This document shows positions 41,687-64,000 of a stretch of 64,000 nt of DNA, piece after piece (position 1 is the stretch's first letter; every line of letters starts with the position of its first letter). The translations under genes and the position numbers were made by a program. The notes under the pieces are model-generated. The model was not told the DNA's origin and made no database searches. It worked only from the letters and a program-made list of their open reading frames with translations. This stretch comes from Eledone cirrhosa (Eukaryota), in assembly GCA_964016885.1 (NCBI GenBank), contig OZ024743.1, forward strand, positions 180,172,001 to 180,236,000, read 5' to 3'.

Positions 41687-43023
41687 TATATTTAGTTTGA
41701 TTTATAATTATATGGGAAACTAGCTGATAAATCTTTGATTTCTTCTTTTTATTCTTTTTATTTTTATTTTTATTTTTATTTAAACATTCTTCATGAAAAA
41801 TTAAGCTACCCTAAAAGTTGATGCTCCAAATATTTCGAATAAACGTTACACTAGATAAACTTCTATATTAAATATAAGAACACATGTAGACCAAATGGGC
41901 ATCCTAAACTTTTTGAAATGATCTTTGCTAGATGCGATTTGATAGATAATTTTTGGCTTTATCTGTTTTTCGACTCTGATGCTTATAATGAACTTGGCAA
42001 TATATTGTCAATTAATTTTGAAGGGTTGATCTTTGTGGTTTATTTTTATTTTTATTATTGTAGTATTTTCTAATATTTTTATTTTTAATATTTTTAATAT
42101 GTAATATTTTTAATATGTAATATTCTTTCGTAATATTTTTTAGTTTTCTATTTTATTATTACTTATTATTATTATTGTTATTTTTTAGTTTTGTTTCTGA
42201 TATATATTTTTATTAGTATATTGAAATCTGCTCTCTATTTCTGCTTGATAGATAATCTTGTAGAGTAAAGACAGGAATAGTAGTAATATTGACTCTATAT
42301 ATATTTGTGTGTATATATATACACATATATGTATACTTAAATTTTTATACCACAATGAGAATGTTTTCCGTGAACCTAGGGTTTGCAGAGTTGATCATGT
42401 AAATTCACATAGATGTTTGTAGTTATCACATAAACATATGAATTTTAATAAAAAAACTAAACATAAGATCATTAATTTTCACACATTATGGATACATGTC
42501 TCATTCAGGAATACTGATATTTACAATATAGTGGCTGGTTTTATACATACTAATACCTCTACATTAAAACATAGGGTTTTTACGCCTCGCCTATGTCTGG
42601 TTATTTTTAAATTTTTCTCTCTATATAACAGCTGGTTTCTCTCCATATATCTCCCTTACATTAATACTAGAGCTAAATAAATAAATAAATAAATGTATCA
42701 TTGATACGTTTACTCAACGGACGTCCCACTACCTAGTTTTCTATATATATGTATCTATCTCTATTTCCTCTCTCTCTATATATATATCTCTCTCAGTTTC
42801 TTTACATGAAGTTCTTCTCTTTATCTATCTTTCCATCTCTCTATTTTATTCCATGCATTTCTTCTTTTTCTTCTTTTTCTTCGTTTTCTGTCTTTCTTTC
42901 CTTTTTTTCTCTCTTTCTATCTCTCTGTGTACAATTTTTCCACTGCCAATTCAACTTTTTCAAATACAAGTCGATGTTGTTACGGTATGTCGAATCTATT
43001 TATATATAAAACTGTTTATATTG

Positions 43024-43089
43024 TATTTTGTCTGAGGAAGGCATAGCATATTGTTAATATGATATCCCTGAAATATATATAATGAAATA
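43024..43089 (+). ncRNA. Type I hammerhead, family D 3' pLTR
   Basis: uauuuugu CUGAGGA agg[cauagcauauuguuaauaugauauc]ccu GAAA uauaua UA augaaaua: 8-bp stem I, long stem II, (AU)n palindromic stem III. Other copies: 49039-49104(-), 51483-51548(-), 52110-52175(+), 53801-53866(+). Confidence 0.78.
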
Positions 43090-43126
43090 AATATGGTTTT
43101 ATAAATATAGTTTCCATTTATTTAAT

Positions 43127-47922
<4,796 letters not shown>

Positions 47923-47970
47923 AAAAAATGAAAACGAATTTCATTTCTCACTCTTAGTATGGCACTTACT

Positions 47971-48603
47971 TAAATGTAAGTATGTATGTATACGTACATA
48001 CATATATGTATACAGAACGTACAGTAGCATGCATATATATATATACATATATATAATATATATATATATACATATATATACATACATGCACACAGGTACA
48101 CATACATATATGCACGCATCAGTTTAGCCGACGTTTATTATAACGCAGCTTTGTTCGTTTGTTTGTCAACAAACAGAACAGCCTGAATTTATGCCGATTT
48201 AACTCACTCAATATGCAAATTAGGCTGCTCAGCCGTTAATTTCATAAGGAAAGTATATACCTTCGAACGTTCAACTATCTGGCAGATGGGTAAACGGTGC
48301 TGATGATAGCTAACAAGCTTGAAACTAGTACATCGTTCCTGTGTCAGTGTTGAACAAAAAGGTGACGTGGTTGCCTTAACACCGTATGACATAAATTCAG
48401 GCTGTTCTGTTTGTTGACAAACAAACGAACAAAGCTGCGTTATAATAAACGTCGGCTAAACTGATGCGTGCATATATGTATGTGTACCTGTGTGCATGTA
48501 TGTATATATATGTATATATATATATATGTATATATATATATGCATGCTACTGTACGTCTGTATACATATATGTATGTACGTATACATACATACTTACATT
48601 TAT
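47971..48603. repeat. ~220-bp inverted repeat with a hammerhead in the spacer
   Basis: Arms 47971-48193 and 48390-48603 are reverse complements; spacer 48194-48389. Confidence 0.88.
48293..48337 (+). ncRNA. Minimal type I hammerhead ribozyme
   Basis: aacggug CUGAUGA u agcu aaca agcu u GAAAC ua GUA caucguu: 7-bp stem I, palindromic ACUAGU stem III. Confidence 0.82.
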
Positions 48604-48664
48604 ATATTTATATATTTATTTAAATATATATATATTTATATATATATACATACATATATGTAAG

Positions 48665-48695
<31 letters not shown>

Positions 48696-48796
48696 ATATT
48701 TATATATATATACATACATATATGTAAGTATATATATATTTATATATAAATATATATTTATATATTTATATATATATTATATTATATTTATATAGT

Positions 48797-48845
<49 letters not shown>

Positions 48846-48904
48846 ATATTTATATATATATTCATACATATATGTAAGTATATATATATATATTTATATA
48901 TATA

Positions 48905-51378
48905 TATGCAAAAGTTTTATTTAAAATTGTAGGGTTACAACGAGTAAATATTTTATAACTGATATAAAAGCACTCAACAGGTTTTGAAGTAGGTTTACGA
49001 TATTAAACAAATGGAAACTATATTTATAAAACCATATTTATTTCATTATATATATTTCAGGGATACCATATTAAAAATATGGTATGCCTTCCTCAGACAA
49101 AATACAATATATAAACCGTTTTATAAATAAATTTGACATACCTAGAACAGTGCAACTTCCATTTAAAAAGTTGATTTGGTAGTGAAAATGTTGAGGACAT
49201 TTAAAAAAGAAGGACGAAGAGAAAAAAAGAAAAAAAAAGAAAAAAAGAAGAAAAAAAAGAAAAAAAGAAGAGAAGAAGAAAGAAAGTGTATAGCGCTAAG
49301 GACAGTTAGAGAAGAAGATGAAGAGATGCATGCAAAGAAAGCAACAGAGCGAGATAGAGAGAAAGAGATATGGGAGAGAGAAATATATTGAGGGAGTGAA
49401 AAATGATAGGCAGCTTGGAGACAGATGATCACCGTACAAATGAGATATTAAGGAGGGAAGGGGGTACTGTAATTATTTATTTATTTATTTATTTATTTAG
49501 TTATAGTGTTAAGGATACGGAGAGGAATATGATAAATAAAGAGAGGTAGAGAGAGATATATGTGGTGGGAGAAAAGAGGTAGATCGAGTAATATCTATCA
49601 TACGAGGTGGAGAGATACAGTTAAAAAACAGCCGATATATAAGTCCCGTCAAGTGTAGAGGAGAAAAAGAAAGAAAGATGATATGTTTAAAATATATTTA
49701 AAATATTATGTCTCGTCGATTTGAATTATCAATTCATATGAATTATGTATTACAATGTAGATATCAATATTCATGGATGAGACACATATCAATAATGTGT
49801 GAAAAAAATGAAAAAATAATGACCCCATGTTTAGTTTTAAAATTCTTAGGCTTATAAGCAAAATCTGAGACAAAACTTCAAAAATACTGAAATACATAAG
49901 TATATATGTATTTTCATTGAAAAAAAGAAAAAGAAAAGAGAAGGTTATCTCAAATTCAATTTGACAATTATGGACACACATGTGAATTTACGTGATCGGC
50001 TCTGTAAAATCATATTTTCATGAAAAGCTTCATTGCGTTACAAAAGATTCCACCATACATATATGTACATACATATATATATATAGAAATAAAGTGTACA
50101 TTAATATTAATAATAATATTTTTTGCCCTCACTTACATGATTATCGTTCAAGCATAGAATAGACAACAGATATCAATATATTAAAAATATATTAAAAATA
50201 AAAATATATTAAAAAATATACTAAAAAAATATATTAAAAACGCCAAGAATATCTTCGTCATTCCACGGAGTAACTAGGGACGCAATAAACATAGTATGCC
50301 ACGCATATCAACCACAGAAAACCACCCTTCAAATTTATTTGACAATGTATTGTCAAGTTCATTAGAAGCAATCATAATCAAAAGTAAACTAAACCAAAAT
50401 TATTTAACAAACCTTATTTAGCAGAAATCATTCAAAAAAATTTATTCTACAAATGCTCTTATATTTATTATATTTATTATATTTATTATCTAGCTTAAAA
50501 ATGTATTCAATAGATTGGGAACATCATCATTATAGGGTACTTTAATTAATCTTATTAATTTATATACTCATGCAGAAGGTTTTTAAAAAATTGAAGGAAT
50601 CGAAAGATTTATCGGCAAGTTTCATAAATAGTTAAATATCTTAAGTAAATATACTACATTTTAAATTTATATTTATATTTATATTTAAAAGTTGAGTTCA
50701 ATCTATGTCTGCAGCAGCTGAATAAATTGGTCCGTAAATTAAGGGAATTTTTAGATTTTAGTATAAAGAATATCTCCTCCGCGCAGAGGTCACATGTCTC
50801 AGAAGAGGAATTAAAAGGAATCCCCTTTGAGACTATATTTCAAACCATCGAATATCCAACGTTATCATGTTTAAGTTGCAGAGTAAACCTGATAGTGATG
50901 TTGAAGATTTTTTATTTGGATCGTGAGAGAATTCTTGTGATTATTATAGCGAAGTTTAAATTCAGTTTTAACATTACAGTTGTATATTATATTTTTAACT
51001 AAGCAATTGTTATTTAGCGGACATTTAGATCTATCTCTACAGTTACAGTTGTTTACTTGAATATTGTTTATGCTATTTTCGGTATTTTGGCTAGGTTTTT
51101 AGATTCCTATTATTTATTCTATTAATATTTTGTGCTAAATTTTTGGTGGACGAGTATGTTAATTTTATGGTATGTCTATTGAAAATTGAGTGATACTTAT
51201 GTGTTCTAGGGAAGCGTTTGTCAAGAGCATTAAAAAATAGTTTAGCGATATGGTTTTAATGTTTAGTGAGAAAGGGGGGGGGAGGGAACCATATTATATT
51301 TCTAGTTCTATTTCTTTTCTGGTTTTTGGAATTATTGTAAGTAAAGCATGTTATCTCTATATAATCCTCCGGTAAGAC
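48905..51378 (-). mobile_element. Penelope-like family D copy 2, 5'-truncated with deletions
   Basis: 50655-51378 is the reverse complement of the family D ORF 3' part (IPGLTGGLYRD..., GIY-YIG, CDLCAEE); pLTR with hammerhead at about 48905-49330. Confidence 0.82.
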
Positions 51379-51440
51379 CGGGTATTTATATATATATTTA
51401 TATATATATATTTATATTTATATATATATATTTAGTATAT

Positions 51441-51857
51441 ATGATATTAAATAAATGGAAACTATATTTATAAAACCATATTTATTTCGTTATATATATT
51501 TCAGGGATATCATATTAACAATATGTTATGCCTTCTTCAGACAAAATACAATATAAACAGTCATATAAATAAATAGATTGATACGACATACCTTTCAATC
51601 ACCTTGCATTTGGGAGGTTGATTTGGCAGTAAAAAATATTGTGGACAGTTGTAAAAAGAAAGAGATAAAGAGAGAAAGAAAGAGAAACGAAGAAAAAGAA
51701 GAAATGCATGTGACTAAATAGAGAGATATAGAAAGATAGATAAAGAGAAGAACTTCATGTAAAGAAACAGAGAGAAATATATATAGAGAGAGGAAAAAAG
51801 AAAGAGATAGATAGAGATAGATAGAGAAACTAGGAAGTTGAGTATCGGTTGATACAT

Positions 51858-51888
<31 letters not shown>

Positions 51889-52312
51889 GCTCTAGTATTA
51901 ATGTAAAGAGAGATGTATGTAGTTAGAGAGAAAATAGCCGTTATATAGAGAGAAAAAGAGAAAATGAAAAAGAGAAAATGAAACATAACCAGACATAAAC
52001 GATGCAGAATTTAAAACCGCTATGTTTTACTGCCAAATCAACCTCCCAAATGCAAGGTGATTGAAAATATGTCGTATCTATCTATTTATTTATAAGACTG
52101 TTTATATTGTATTTTGTCTGAAGAAGGCATAACATATTGTTAATATGATATCCCTGAAATATATATAACGAAATAAATATGGTTTTATAAATATAGTTTC
52201 CATTTATTTAATATCATAAATTACTCCAAATACTTGTTGAGCTGCTTTTATATCAGTTATAAATATTTAATCGTTGTTAAGACCCAACAATTTAAATATA
52301 ACTTTCCATATA
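51441..52312. mobile_element. Fold-back pair of family D pseudo-LTRs, no ORF
   Basis: Arms 51441-51634 and 52025-52218 are inverted; one hammerhead on each strand, divergent. Confidence 0.85.
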
Positions 52313-52323
52313 TTTTATATATA

Positions 52324-52373
<50 letters not shown>

Positions 52374-52687
52374 TTATATATTATTTATATATATATATTT
52401 ATATATTATATATTTATATATTTATATTTTATATATATATATTTATATATATATATTTTATATATATATATTTTATATATATATTTATATATATATATTT
52501 ATATATATATTTATATATATATATATTTATATATATATATTTATATATATATTATATTATATATATATATATATTTATATATATATTTATATATATATTT
52601 ATATATATATTTATATATATATTTATAATATATTTATATATATATTTATATATATATTTATATAATATATTTTATATATAATATATT

Positions 52688-52767
<80 letters not shown>

Positions 52768-52799
52768 ATATATTATTTATATATATATATATATATATT

Positions 52800-52873
<74 letters not shown>

Positions 52874-52879
52874 ATATAT

Positions 52880-52911
<32 letters not shown>

Positions 52912-53275
52912 ATATATATTTACATATATATATTTATATATATATTTATATATATATATTTATATATATATTTATATATATATATTTATATATATATATT
53001 TATATATATATATTTATATATATATATTTATATATATATATTTATATATATATTTATATATATATATTTATATATATATTTATATATATATATTTATATA
53101 TATATATTTATATATATATTTATATATATATATTTATATATATATTTATATATATATTTATATATATATATTTATATATATATTTATATATATATTTATA
53201 TATATATATTTATATATATATATTTATATATATATTTATATATATATTTATATATATATATTTATATATATATTT

Positions 53276-53306
<31 letters not shown>

Positions 53307-53520
53307 TTATATATATATATATTTATATATATATATTTATATATATATTTATATATATATTTATATATATATATTTATATATATATATTTATATATATAT
53401 TTATATATATATATTTATATATATATATTTATATATATATTTATATATATATATTTATATATATATATTTATATATATATTTATATATATATTTATATAT
53501 ATATATTTATATATATATAT
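52313..53520. repeat. (TA)nTT compound microsatellite
   Basis: Direct reading. Confidence 0.95.
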
Positions 53521-53909
53521 ATCTCTATCTATTTCCTCTCTCTATATATCTCTCTCTGTTTTTTACTCTCTATATATCTCTCTCTGTTTTTTACATGAAG
53601 TTCTTCTCTTTATCTATTTCTCCATCTCTCTATTTTGTTGCATGCATTTCTTCTTTTTCGTCGTTTTCTTTCTTTCTTTCTTTCCTTCTTTCTTTCTTTC
53701 TTTCTGTTTACAATTTTTCACTGCCAAATCAACTTTTTCAAATACAAGTCGATGTTGACCGGTATGTCAAATCTATTTATCTATAAAACTGTCTATATTG
53801 TATTTTGTCTGAAGAAGGCATAGCATATTGTTAATATGATATCCCTGAAATATATATAATGAAATAGATATGGTTTTATAAATATAGTTTCCATTTATTT
53901 AATATCGTA
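53521..53909 (+). mobile_element. Solo family D pseudo-LTR with hammerhead
   Basis: Matches 42750-43130; CUGAAGA at 53809. Confidence 0.82.
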
Positions 53910-53982
53910 TATTTATATATATATATATTTATATATATATATATTTATATATATATATATATATATATTTTATATATATATA

Positions 53983-54036
<54 letters not shown>

Positions 54037-54041
54037 ATATT

Positions 54042-54100
<59 letters not shown>

Positions 54101-54101
54101 T

Positions 54102-54136
<35 letters not shown>

Positions 54137-54150
54137 TTATATATATATAT

Positions 54151-60070
<5,920 letters not shown>

Positions 60071-60197
60071 ATTTATATATATATATATTTATATATATAT
60101 ATATTTATATATATATATATTTATATATATATATATTTATATATATATTTATATATATATATATTTATATATATATATATTTATATATATATATATT

Positions 60198-60283
<86 letters not shown>

Positions 60284-60299
60284 TATATATATATATATT

Positions 60300-60330
<31 letters not shown>

Positions 60331-60476
60331 TTATATATATATATATTTATATATATATATATTTATATATATATATTTATATATATATATATTTATATAT
60401 ATATATATTTATATATATATATTTATATATATATATATTTATATATATATATATTTATATATATATATATTTATAT

Positions 60477-61075
60477 ATATTGTTATACTTTGGGAGGGCC
60501 ATGTTGCCAATAAGAAACACACGCACCAGTTGCTTTCACTTCAATTTAATTTATTATATATTTATAAATTTACAAATTTATAAATTTCTGGTTGGTTGGT
60601 TGGTTGGTTCCACAACCAGATAGTTGTTTATATATATATAGTCATAGTTCTTTCGTCACACACTCTGTGACCTCTTCAGTGACTGGGGATTTCTTTCTTC
60701 GTTTCTGTGCCTTTCCTTTCTTCTATCCTACGCCATTTTGAAAATGGCGTAGGATAGAAAATGGCGTAGGATAGAAGAAAGGAAAGGCACAGAAACGAAG
60801 AAAGAAATCCCCAGTCACTGAAGAGGTCACAGAGTGTGTGACGAAAGAACTATGACTATATATATATAAACAACTATCTGGTTGTGGAACCAACCAACCA
60901 ACCAGAAATTTATAAATTTGTAAATTTATAAATATATAATAAATTAAATTGAAGTGAAAGCAACTGGTGCGTGTGTTTCCTATTGGCAACATGGCCCTCC
61001 CAAAGTATAACAATATCGGTTTCAACACACGATTTCAGATAAAGAATCTTGCTAAACAAATTCAGAAACGAAATA
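60477..61075. mobile_element. Fold-back pair of family C pseudo-LTRs, hammerheads at 60640-60684(-) and 60813-60857(+)
   Basis: Left arm 60477-60739 is inverted in the right arm; aguca CUGAAGA g gucac..gugac GAAAG aa CUA ugacu. Confidence 0.88.
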
Positions 61076-61099
61076 TTTATATATATTTATATATATATA

Positions 61100-61142
<43 letters not shown>

Positions 61143-61183
61143 TTTAAACTTTTTAAACTTAATTGTATATTTATATATATAGT

Positions 61184-61216
<33 letters not shown>

Positions 61217-61419
61217 TTATATATATATATATTTATATATATATTTATATATATATTTATATATATATATATATTTATATATATATTTATATATATATTT
61301 ATATATATATATATTTATATAGGAACGATCGACTTTCGTCAAATCGGACCGAAGGAACAATGTTTCCGTTGGTCTTTCCAATTGCTAATACTATCTATCG
61401 GCCGCAACTCCAGGTAGAA

Positions 61420-61536
61420 GGAGCAACGTGAAAGTGTCTTGCTCAAGGACATAACGCATCGCCTGGTCCAGGAATCGAACTCACAACCTTACAATTGCGA
61501 ATCCAATTCTCTAACCACTCAGCCACACGCCTTCAC
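61420..61536 (-). mobile_element. tRNA-derived SINE, 5' part
   Basis: A box TGGCTGAGTGG, B box GTTCGATTCC, core GTCCTTGAGCAAGACACTT. Confidence 0.8.
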
Positions 61537-61566
61537 AAATATATATATAAATATATATATATATAA

Positions 61567-61599
<33 letters not shown>

Positions 61600-61600
61600 A

Positions 61601-61646
<46 letters not shown>

Positions 61647-61665
61647 ATATTTATATATTTATATA

Positions 61666-61856
61666 TAGGAACCAAGTAAGACCCCGACAGCAGAGCTCAA
61701 GCCGTTTCGACGGCTAATTCAGAATTAGCCGTCGAAACGGCTTGAGCTCAGCTGTCGGGGTCTTACTGGTTCCTATTACCCACTCTACTACCTCAAGTAT
61801 TGAGTACTTTGGTGCGTTATGGTCCACCTGGTTCCTTACCGCATTTCCTTCGTTAT
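61666..61856. repeat. 55-bp-arm palindrome of the half-hammerhead tag plus 80-bp extension
   Basis: 61666-61720 and 61722-61776 are near-perfect reverse complements with a 1-nt apex. Confidence 0.8.
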
Positions 61857-61859
61857 ATT

Positions 61860-61890
<31 letters not shown>

Positions 61891-61915
61891 TTATATATAT
61901 ATATATTTATATATA

Positions 61916-62008
<93 letters not shown>

Positions 62009-62051
62009 TTATATATATATATATATATTTATATATATTTATATATATATT

Positions 62052-62084
<33 letters not shown>

Positions 62085-62191
62085 ATATATTTATATATAT
62101 TTATATATATATTTATATATATATATATTTATATATATATTTATATATATATATATTTATATGTATATTTATATATATATATATATATAAT

Positions 62192-62222
<31 letters not shown>

Positions 62223-62265
62223 TTATATATATATATATATTTATATATATATTTATATATATATA

Positions 62266-64000
62266 AAAATGGTCGCACAAGCAATAGGGGCTAGTATCAA
62301 AACTACCCTAAAGGGCCACATATTTAAGTTCAACGAGAAGATCTACACCCAAAATGAGGGAGCAGCCATTGGCGTCAGCATAGCTGGTGATGTTGCCAAC
62401 CTTTTCATGGTATGGTGGGAAAGGAGACTTAAAGATCTCCTTAATGAAAGCTCCATAGACCTCATCATGTACTCTCGTTATGTAGACGATATCAATATAG
62501 TTATAAGAACATCACCACTAGAAAGCACTAACAAGTTTTATTTAGAATGTAGCACGATGGAAAGCATCCAGCAGATAGCTAATTCCATACACCAGAGCAT
62601 AACTGTAATTATCGACTTCCCTTCCAAACACCCTAACAATAGACTACCTGTATTAGACACAGAACTCTGGATTAACACTATAGACGAGAGAGCCCAAATT
62701 CTCCACTCACACTATGCTAAACCGATGACCTCCAAATACCTGATACTCAAAAACTCAGCAATGTCCAGTAGTGCTAAGTTTAATATTCTGATCGCAGATT
62801 TGGTACGAGTGATGAAGAATGTGTCCCGCATGTGCGACCCAACAGAAATGGAAAGACACATCCAAAACTTCATCAACCGCATGCAGTTCTCTGGCTACAA
62901 CCAAAGAGACAGAGTTAGAATATACGAAGGAGCCATGGAGAAGTATAAGACCCTCATAGAACTGGACATGAAAGGAATGTGCCCATTATACAGGAGCAAA
63001 TCATGGAATAGCTTAGATAGGGCTAGACATAAGATAGGGAAAGCCACCTCATGGTACGACAACCAGAGATACCAGAGTGTCATGTTTGTGGGAAATTAGC
63101 TAACCAGTGTAGAAAGGCCCTGAGAAAGACCCACTTAAAAATTAAGGTGGTAGAAAAGCCAGGAACCACCATAAAATCCCTGATCAGCAAAATCTACCCT
63201 TTTAAGAAAACCCACTGTACCAATAGGAAGTGTATCATATGTAAGGTAAACCCCCGGATAAACTGTAAAACTAGAAACGTAGTCTATAGCATAAGATGTA
63301 CAGAGGGTACTTGCAGAAACATGACAACAACATACATAGGTGAGACAGCTCGTAGCATAGGTGAAAGGATAGACCAACACTGGGGGGAACTAAGAGGACG
63401 AAAAAACGGGTCAGTACTATACGAACATGCTAGACAACAACATGACGGTAATATAGACAACATAGAAATTAGAATAATATCTAAACATAGAAATGACCCA
63501 GCAGATAGTCAAATCAGAGAGGCCAGTGAAATAGAACTTAGAAGGCCAAGACTAAAGAAAAAGAATGAATGGAATAACAACAACACACAAACAAACAACA
63601 CTGACCTAAGAGAAGTATAAATAAGTAAATAAAATAAAATAAATAAATAAATAAATACATACATACACAAACACAATAACAACAAGCACATAAACACACA
63701 CTAGTCACCCATCACACAGCAAACAAAACACTATACACACACGCAAACGCATGCGCAAAGAAGAGAAAATAAAATAAACAAACAAACAAATAAATAAATA
63801 AATATATAGACAGACTGAATAAAAATGGCGTAGACATATAATACAACAGGAGGAAACGATAACACCACTGACGATGTTGCAGATGTGCAACGAAAGATTT
63901 ATGATAAACTATATATATATGTGTTTGTGTCTATATTGCATATGTATTATTTTTGACCGTCGGTCAGTCAATGGCAACATTGAGGACCGAGTAAGTTAGA
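62266..64000 (+). mobile_element. Penelope-like family C copy 2, 5'-truncated: RT C-half + GIY-YIG (62269-63620, one frameshift) and pLTR with hammerhead at 63864-63905
   Basis: QNEGAAIG, RYVDD, LPVLD, CTNRKCIIC..C, VVYSIRC...YIGETARS; CUGACGA u guugca gaug ugcaac GAAA. Confidence 0.87.

Noticed and set aside
61420-61536. tRNA gene (also 29860-29954)
   Set aside because: A and B boxes run into a SINE core and no complete cloverleaf acceptor stem is seen.

Overview
Eukaryotic, AT-rich, repeat-saturated DNA, probably from an invertebrate animal; the short SINE family resembles octopus/cephalopod SINEs (inference, no search run). No intact host gene is supportable. Left half (4-29 kb): four R4/Dong-type RLE non-LTR retrotransposon copies from two families, near (TAA)n and SINE tails, plus the 5' half of an L1/Tx1-type LINE and a decayed Helitron with a clear 3' hairpin-CTAG end. 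Right half (33-64 kb): a (TA)n-rich zone filled with Penelope-like elements (RT plus C-terminal GIY-YIG) and their pseudo-LTRs, most carrying minimal type I hammerhead ribozymes. The highlight is a 5.8-kb non-coding array of a 311-bp unit (54151-59965). Each unit holds a hammerhead (19 copies), and the array forms two divergent arms around a fold-back at about 57805, resembling a non-LTR retrozyme copied from a small circular RNA. At least seven other insertions show the same divergent fold-back geometry and end at AT microhomologies with (TA)n. Caveat: long (TA)n tracts and palindromes are prone to misassembly.
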